Shown one piece after another: positions 59,308 through 64,000 of a stretch of DNA of 64,000 nucleotides. The notes beneath the pieces are model-generated. The model was not told the DNA's origin and did not search any database. It worked only from the letters and a program-made list of their open reading frames with translations. A program made the position numbers and the translations under genes. How positions within the stretch are numbered: the stretch's first letter is position 1; each line of letters starts with the position of its first letter. Source of the stretch: an uncultured delta proteobacterium (GTDB lineage: Bacteria; Desulfobacterota; Binatia; Binatales; Binataceae); contig CAWEEQ010000004.1 of assembly GCA_963808235.1 (NCBI GenBank), positions 352,001 through 416,000 on the forward strand, read 5' to 3'.

Positions 59308-59996
59308 CAATGTCCTCGCAGGGCGTGAATTACGTCGTCAAGGTCCAGGTCGAGAATCGACGCGCGCACAACGTCGGCGGCCGCGAGATCGGAGGCTGAC
59401 GCGCTATGGCATAGCGCCAGCACCTTCATGCCTGCGCGATGCGCGCCCTCGATTCCTGCCGGCGTGTCCTCGATCACCAGGCATTCTTCGGCCAGGACCG
59501 GATCTCGTTGCCGCAGGATGAATCCGATTCGGCCCAGCGCCGCGATAAAGCCGTCGGGCCAAGGCTTCCCGCGCTCGACGTCTTCCGCCGCGATTATATC
59601 GAGAAACAGATCGCGCAATTTCGCGCCGCGAAGAATCGTTTCGGCCTCGGCGCGCAACGTGCCGGTCACGATCATCAAGGGGAATCGCTTCGCGCAATCG
59701 CGTGCAAACTTCTCCGCGCCCGGGTAAAGGACCTCGCGCTCCGCAACAATCGCTTGATAGACGGAGGTTTTGCGCTCGATCAAGTCGGCGATCAGCGCTT
59801 CGTCCGCGTCTTTGCGATTCTCCCATAGCACGGCCGCGAAACAATCGTGATCGTTGAATCCAATCAGGCGCGCATAGTAGTCGGCGCTCGCGATCTCGAT
59901 TCCTGAAGCGCCCAGGACCTTGTTGAAGGCCGCAAAATGAATCGGCTCCGTATCGACGAGCGTCCCGTCGAGATCGAATATGATGGCGCGAATCAT
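59307..59996 (-). CDS. HAD-family phosphatase
   Basis: FDLDGTLVDT, KPWPD, IEDTPAG. Confidence 0.92.
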   Translation of the reverse strand: MIRAIIFDLDGTLVDTEPIHFAAFNKVLGASGIEIASADYYARLIGFNDHDCFAAVLWENRKDADEALIADLIERKTSVYQAIVAEREVLYPGAEKFARDCAKRFPLMIVTGTLRAEAETILRGAKLRDLFLDIIAAEDVERGKPWPDGFIAALGRIGFILRQRDPVLAEECLVIEDTPAGIEGAHRAGMKVLALCHSASASDLAAADVVRASILDLDLDDVIHALRGH

Positions 59997-60035
59997 GTTC
60001 GGGCAAAATTTACGGTTAAGACTTACCGGCTCGGC

Positions 60036-61238
60036 TCAAGCTTTGGAAGCAGACGCGGCGAGGATCGCGAAAATCTCGCGCTGGCGCGGCTCGCCACTCA
60101 CCATCGCGCGTCCGTTTTCGATAGTCATGTCGAGTTCGCTGCGTACCCCGAATTTGTTGGGCTGATAAATTCCCGGCTCGACCGAGAAACAGGTGTTGTC
60201 GATAAGCCGCCTGTCGTCGAGCGTTTCCAGCGAGTCGAGATTGGCGCCTGCGCCATGCACTTCGCGGCCGATCGAGTGTCCTGTGCGATGCACAAACGCC
60301 TCGCCGAAGCCGGCCGCCTCGATTACGGCGCGCGCTGCGCGATCGGCCTCGCGGCCGCTGACCGGTTCGCGGGCTGCTACTCGCGACTCCACGAGATCCA
60401 CCGCGGCATCGCGCGCCTGCATCACAATTTTGAACACCTGCGCGTGCTCGTCGGGAATCTTGTCGCCAACGTACGCGACCCAGGTGAAGTCGGCATAGAT
60501 ACTGTCGGGGCCAGCTTCCTTGGCCCACAGATCGAGCAGGATAAAGTCGCCTCGACGAATCGCGCGGTCACGTTCGCGCGACGGCGCAAAGTGCGGATCG
60601 GCGCTGTGCTCATTGACCGCGACGATTGGCGGCGCGTAGGTGGTGAGTCCTTGCGCCGCAAATCTCGACATGACGAATTCCTGAACCGACACTTCGCTGA
60701 CCGGCCGCCCGCCCGATATCGATCGTCCGATTTCAGCAAATGTCGCGTCCACGATCGCGCGTAGCGCCTGCGCCGCGCGATGATGACTGGCCAGTTGCTC
60801 GCGCGTCAGCGCCGCCTCAAAGCGCTGAATCAGGTCGGCCGCCGAGACGATCTCGACGCCGGTCGCGCGCACCATCTCAATCGTGCCCGCATCGACGCGC
60901 GAAACGTACGGAATCGCGCACCCGGGCGAATAGTCCATCGCGATTCGCCGCGTTCCTTTGAGCGTGGTGCCGAGCGCGGCAAGCATCTCATCATGCGACC
61001 GATAGACGATCTTGTCTGCGCAGAGCGCGTCGAGCCGATGCGCCTCGACGGCCGAGACGATCGCAGTCGGCTTTCCTGTCGCCGGCACCAGGCAGAACCA
61101 TCGCCGCGTCGCGATACCGTTTTCGGGAAGCTCAAGGATTCTATACGCTAGCGGGTCGCTCATCCGGAAATCGTAGAAGAGCCATCCATCGAGACTCGCG
61201 CTGCGAAGCGCGCCTGAAATTTCCTCGAGTCGCGTCAC
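60036..61238 (-). CDS. M24 (Xaa-Pro) metallopeptidase
   Basis: DLWAK, YADFTW, HRTGHSIG, SVEPGIY, GVRSE. Confidence 0.9.
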   Translation of the reverse strand: MTRLEEISGALRSASLDGWLFYDFRMSDPLAYRILELPENGIATRRWFCLVPATGKPTAIVSAVEAHRLDALCADKIVYRSHDEMLAALGTTLKGTRRIAMDYSPGCAIPYVSRVDAGTIEMVRATGVEIVSAADLIQRFEAALTREQLASHHRAAQALRAIVDATFAEIGRSISGGRPVSEVSVQEFVMSRFAAQGLTTYAPPIVAVNEHSADPHFAPSRERDRAIRRGDFILLDLWAKEAGPDSIYADFTWVAYVGDKIPDEHAQVFKIVMQARDAAVDLVESRVAAREPVSGREADRAARAVIEAAGFGEAFVHRTGHSIGREVHGAGANLDSLETLDDRRLIDNTCFSVEPGIYQPNKFGVRSELDMTIENGRAMVSGEPRQREIFAILAASASKA

Positions 61239-61735
61239 GCCGGCTTGAAGCGGTCGCCCCACACGTGAACATGATGCGGTTCGATTTTCACAATCGGATT
61301 CTGCTCCGGAGTGAACGTCATCCCGCGGTATTGCAGGTACTTTTCGCGGAGCGCGCGCAGCGCCACCATGTACTCCTGCGGGTCTTCGACCACTCGCGCG
61401 GTTCCACGAATTAGCACGTATGCGAGTTGCGCCCAGTCTTCTTCGTAGTGATCGATCACCACCGCCACGCGTGGATTCTCGGCGATATTGCGCATCCGCT
61501 TGAGCCGCATCCCGGTCTCGCGCTTGGGCTTCTCGTCAATCGCGAAATAGACGCGCTCGCCGTCGAACCAGTAACAGAGCGGAACGTTGTGCGGCGCGCC
61601 CGAGGCGTCGGCGGTTGCGAGCCGCGCAACTCGTTTGCCTGCGATAAACTCGCGCACGTGCGGATCGCTCAAGAGCGCGAGTTGCTTGTTCGACGCGGTG
61701 CCCTGTTCTTTCGAAGCGGATTCCTTGATGGACAT
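61235..61735 (-). CDS. PPOX-class F420-dependent oxidoreductase (TIGR03668-like)
   Basis: RVARLATAD, AIDEKPK, RMRNIAENPRV, DHYEEDW. Confidence 0.85.
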   Translation of the reverse strand: MSIKESASKEQGTASNKQLALLSDPHVREFIAGKRVARLATADASGAPHNVPLCYWFDGERVYFAIDEKPKRETGMRLKRMRNIAENPRVAVVIDHYEEDWAQLAYVLIRGTARVVEDPQEYMVALRALREKYLQYRGMTFTPEQNPIVKIEPHHVHVWGDRFKPA

Positions 61736-62559
61736 TATCGTTTCTCCAGACGCTCCAGCGCGCCACGCGCCGCGCGCGAAAGCGATTCGTCTGACTCGTC
61801 TGCTGCTGCGGTTCTGAGTGCCGCCGCCGCGAGCGGCGAACTGTTTTGAAAATTTCCGAGCGCGACCGCCGCCGCGCGGCGCACGCCCGGATCGGGATCC
61901 GATTCGAGGAATCTTAGCGCGAGCTCCGCGGCCGCATCGCTCGCGTCGGTAAGGCCCGTCAGCACCGCGAGCGACGCGAGCCGAACATGAACGTCGGGGT
62001 CTCTGACTGCGCGTTGCAAGACTGCGAGCAGTTCTGCGCCGCGGATACCCAGGTCGCGGATACAATAGAGCGCCATCTTCCGCGCGTTTCGATCGCTATC
62101 GGCGCCGAGCGCAATCAACCGCCCGCGAATTTCATCGGGAAAGTCCCGGCCGAGGCGAACGATCAAATTCGCCGCCGCCCACCGGATATCGCCGTCGTCA
62201 TCGGAGAGCGCCTCGCAGAGCGCGTCTGCGAGGTGCATCGTAAACGCCGCCCCGCCGATTTGCGCGAGAGCGTACGCCGCGCCCCACCGGATACGACGAT
62301 CGTCGCCACCCATCGAGCTGCGCAGTCGTTCGACAATACGCACGTCGCCCGATTCCGCCACCGCCGCGAGCGCATCGATTGCGCGCCGCTGTATCGTCTT
62401 TTGCGGCGCGCCGACGCATCTGAGAAGCCCGTCGAGCACGTTATCGGAGAGCGGCTCGGCTGGCGCCGACAAGATCAGATCGATCGCGCGCAGCCGGCGC
62501 CCGGGATCACTGTCGTTGAGCTCGTCCGCAACTCGCCCATCTTTCAACGCGATGCTCAA
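61735..62559 (-). CDS. HEAT-repeat protein
   Basis: Repeated D.D..IR/VR.AA..AL units. Confidence 0.85.
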   Translation of the reverse strand: MSIALKDGRVADELNDSDPGRRLRAIDLILSAPAEPLSDNVLDGLLRCVGAPQKTIQRRAIDALAAVAESGDVRIVERLRSSMGGDDRRIRWGAAYALAQIGGAAFTMHLADALCEALSDDDGDIRWAAANLIVRLGRDFPDEIRGRLIALGADSDRNARKMALYCIRDLGIRGAELLAVLQRAVRDPDVHVRLASLAVLTGLTDASDAAAELALRFLESDPDPGVRRAAAVALGNFQNSSPLAAAALRTAAADESDESLSRAARGALERLEKR

Positions 62560-63614
62560 TCCACACCCGCGATGAGATTCACCAGGTTCGAGAGCTCACC
62601 AGCACCGAGAAAAAAATTGTCGCTGCGTCCAAAAATCTTCGTGACCGCATGCGCCACCGATCCGAGGTCAAGCCGTTTGCCGCGGAGTTCAGTTTCGAGT
62701 TCCGCGATCGCCGACGAATTCGCGATGAAATCTCCACTCAAAGTGGCGGCCGCAATAGTGCCGCCGGGTTCAAACCCAACTTCAGCTTCGATCGTACCGA
62801 GCTGCGCCGCAATGCGATTTTTCTTGATTGCTTTCGACCGAAGGGCGAGTGAGATCCGGCAATTGAGCCATCCCGAGGCGACCAGCTCGCGCCCGCTACG
62901 TTCCGCCTGCGCCATCTCGCCGGGATTCAACTCTCGCGTCCGAGTCTCGCCGAGCAGGCCCTGGTAACCGGTCGCGATCGCGTCGGCGAGCTTATCGAAT
63001 ACAATCTCCCGGCCGAGCTCGCGCGCCAGTTTCGTCGCCGACTCGGGCGTATACATCCGGCACGGCACCGCGCCGTCGGGATCGATCTGCTCTAAATCAT
63101 GAACCACGTCTTCCATCCCGCGATTCACCGCGAGCATCGATTCGAAAAGCATCGCACCAGACGCGTCGGTTTCGAAGCTGCACATGGCGACCTCGCGATG
63201 CTCAAATGTTATCGCGTCGCGCCCGGGGTAGAAACAATCGAGTCCGAGCGAGCGCAGGCCGCCGAGTAGCCCGCGCGCGTAACGGTTCAGGATTTGGTCG
63301 GGCTTCAGGGGTGCATTGTCAACCTTCAGCAAAGCGGTGCGATTCGGGAGGATCAGCGCGAGCCCGAGCCATCCATCGCCGGCGCCGACGACGCGGCCTC
63401 CGGTTAACCTCCGAAACGCGCCGATTCCCGCCCGTTCCGCGCCGCCGGCATATAGATGATAGCGGCCGATCGAGATGTAGCGCCCCGGCGACGAATAGAT
63501 GAGCAGGGCCGGCGGCGTCTGCCGGGTGACGACTTGTTCGAGAAGATACAGCTCCAGGCCGACAAGTGAGATCGGTGCAAGCGCGGGCGCAAGGATCACA
63601 TCGAGGGCGGCCAT
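62556..63614 (-). CDS. Lipoate-protein ligase A-like protein (divergent)
   Basis: ISIGRY, RRLTGG, C-terminal LSGDFIA domain. Confidence 0.7.
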   Translation of the reverse strand: MAALDVILAPALAPISLVGLELYLLEQVVTRQTPPALLIYSSPGRYISIGRYHLYAGGAERAGIGAFRRLTGGRVVGAGDGWLGLALILPNRTALLKVDNAPLKPDQILNRYARGLLGGLRSLGLDCFYPGRDAITFEHREVAMCSFETDASGAMLFESMLAVNRGMEDVVHDLEQIDPDGAVPCRMYTPESATKLARELGREIVFDKLADAIATGYQGLLGETRTRELNPGEMAQAERSGRELVASGWLNCRISLALRSKAIKKNRIAAQLGTIEAEVGFEPGGTIAAATLSGDFIANSSAIAELETELRGKRLDLGSVAHAVTKIFGRSDNFFLGAGELSNLVNLIAGVD

Positions 63615-63658
63615 CCTTCGATGCTATCCGCGCGAATTGCGGATCGGAAGGCGCGCCC

Positions 63659-64000
63659 TCAGCGCTCTTCGCCGAACAGAAAAATCGAAAACGCGATCAT
63701 GGTAAACATGAAGTTGGGCAGCCATGCCGCGATCATCGCGGGTAGCAGCCCCGATCGGCCGAGCGACGACGTGATTCCGAGCGACAGCCAGTAGCCGAAA
63801 CCGATCACGATCGCCAGGCCGAAGCTGCGCCCGAGACTCAAGTTGCGCGGCAAAGGATCGAGGCTGAGCGCCATCCCGAGAGCGACCATTATCAGGCACG
63901 CCAGCGGCATCGCGTATTTCAAATCGCGATCGACTACGTAGCCGCCCGGGTCGAGTCCCATGCTGCGCAAATCCGCTATATATCGATCGAGTTCCCAGAG
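63659..64000 (-). CDS. lptG: LptF/LptG LPS export permease, C-terminal part
   Basis: KYAMPLACLIM...GFGYW...LPAMIAAWLPN; truncated by window edge. Confidence 0.8.
   Translation of the reverse strand, partial: LWELDRYIADLRSMGLDPGGYVVDRDLKYAMPLACLIMVALGMALSLDPLPRNLSLGRSFGLAIVIGFGYWLSLGITSSLGRSGLLPAMIAAWLPNFMFTMIAFSIFLFGEER

Overview
GC-rich bacterial chromosome segment. The gene repertoire (LLM and P450 oxygenases, ferritin-like diiron protein, F420 PPOX protein, kelch proteins, lpxD/waaF/lptG) resembles Candidatus Binatota/Binatus-like soil bacteria, which is an inference only. It holds about 60 CDS for lipid, redox and envelope functions and a four-tRNA cluster (Pro-TGG, Arg-TCT, His-GTG, Lys-CTT). 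Highlights: (1) a four-gene minus-strand operon (46905-50890) with two hidden selenoproteins, a peroxiredoxin-like UPFC protein and a UGSC protein, each with an in-frame TGA and a SECIS-like hairpin, bracketing a kelch lipoprotein and a CxxC-thioredoxin fusion; (2) a candidate sigma54-driven small RNA of about 116 nt with C-rich anti-Shine-Dalgarno loops and an intrinsic terminator (15176-15291, minus); (3) an AT-richer island with a CHAT/caspase-like protease and a small hydrophobic-hairpin protein, bounded by inverted hairpin repeats (28798-32374), a candidate protease-activated defence module; (4) a hot-spot of several REP-like palindrome families (27.0-29.0 kb). Nine single-base frameshifts in six otherwise intact genes suggest long-read indel errors rather than true pseudogenes. 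All calls come from reading the sequence and recalled family motifs; no database search was run.
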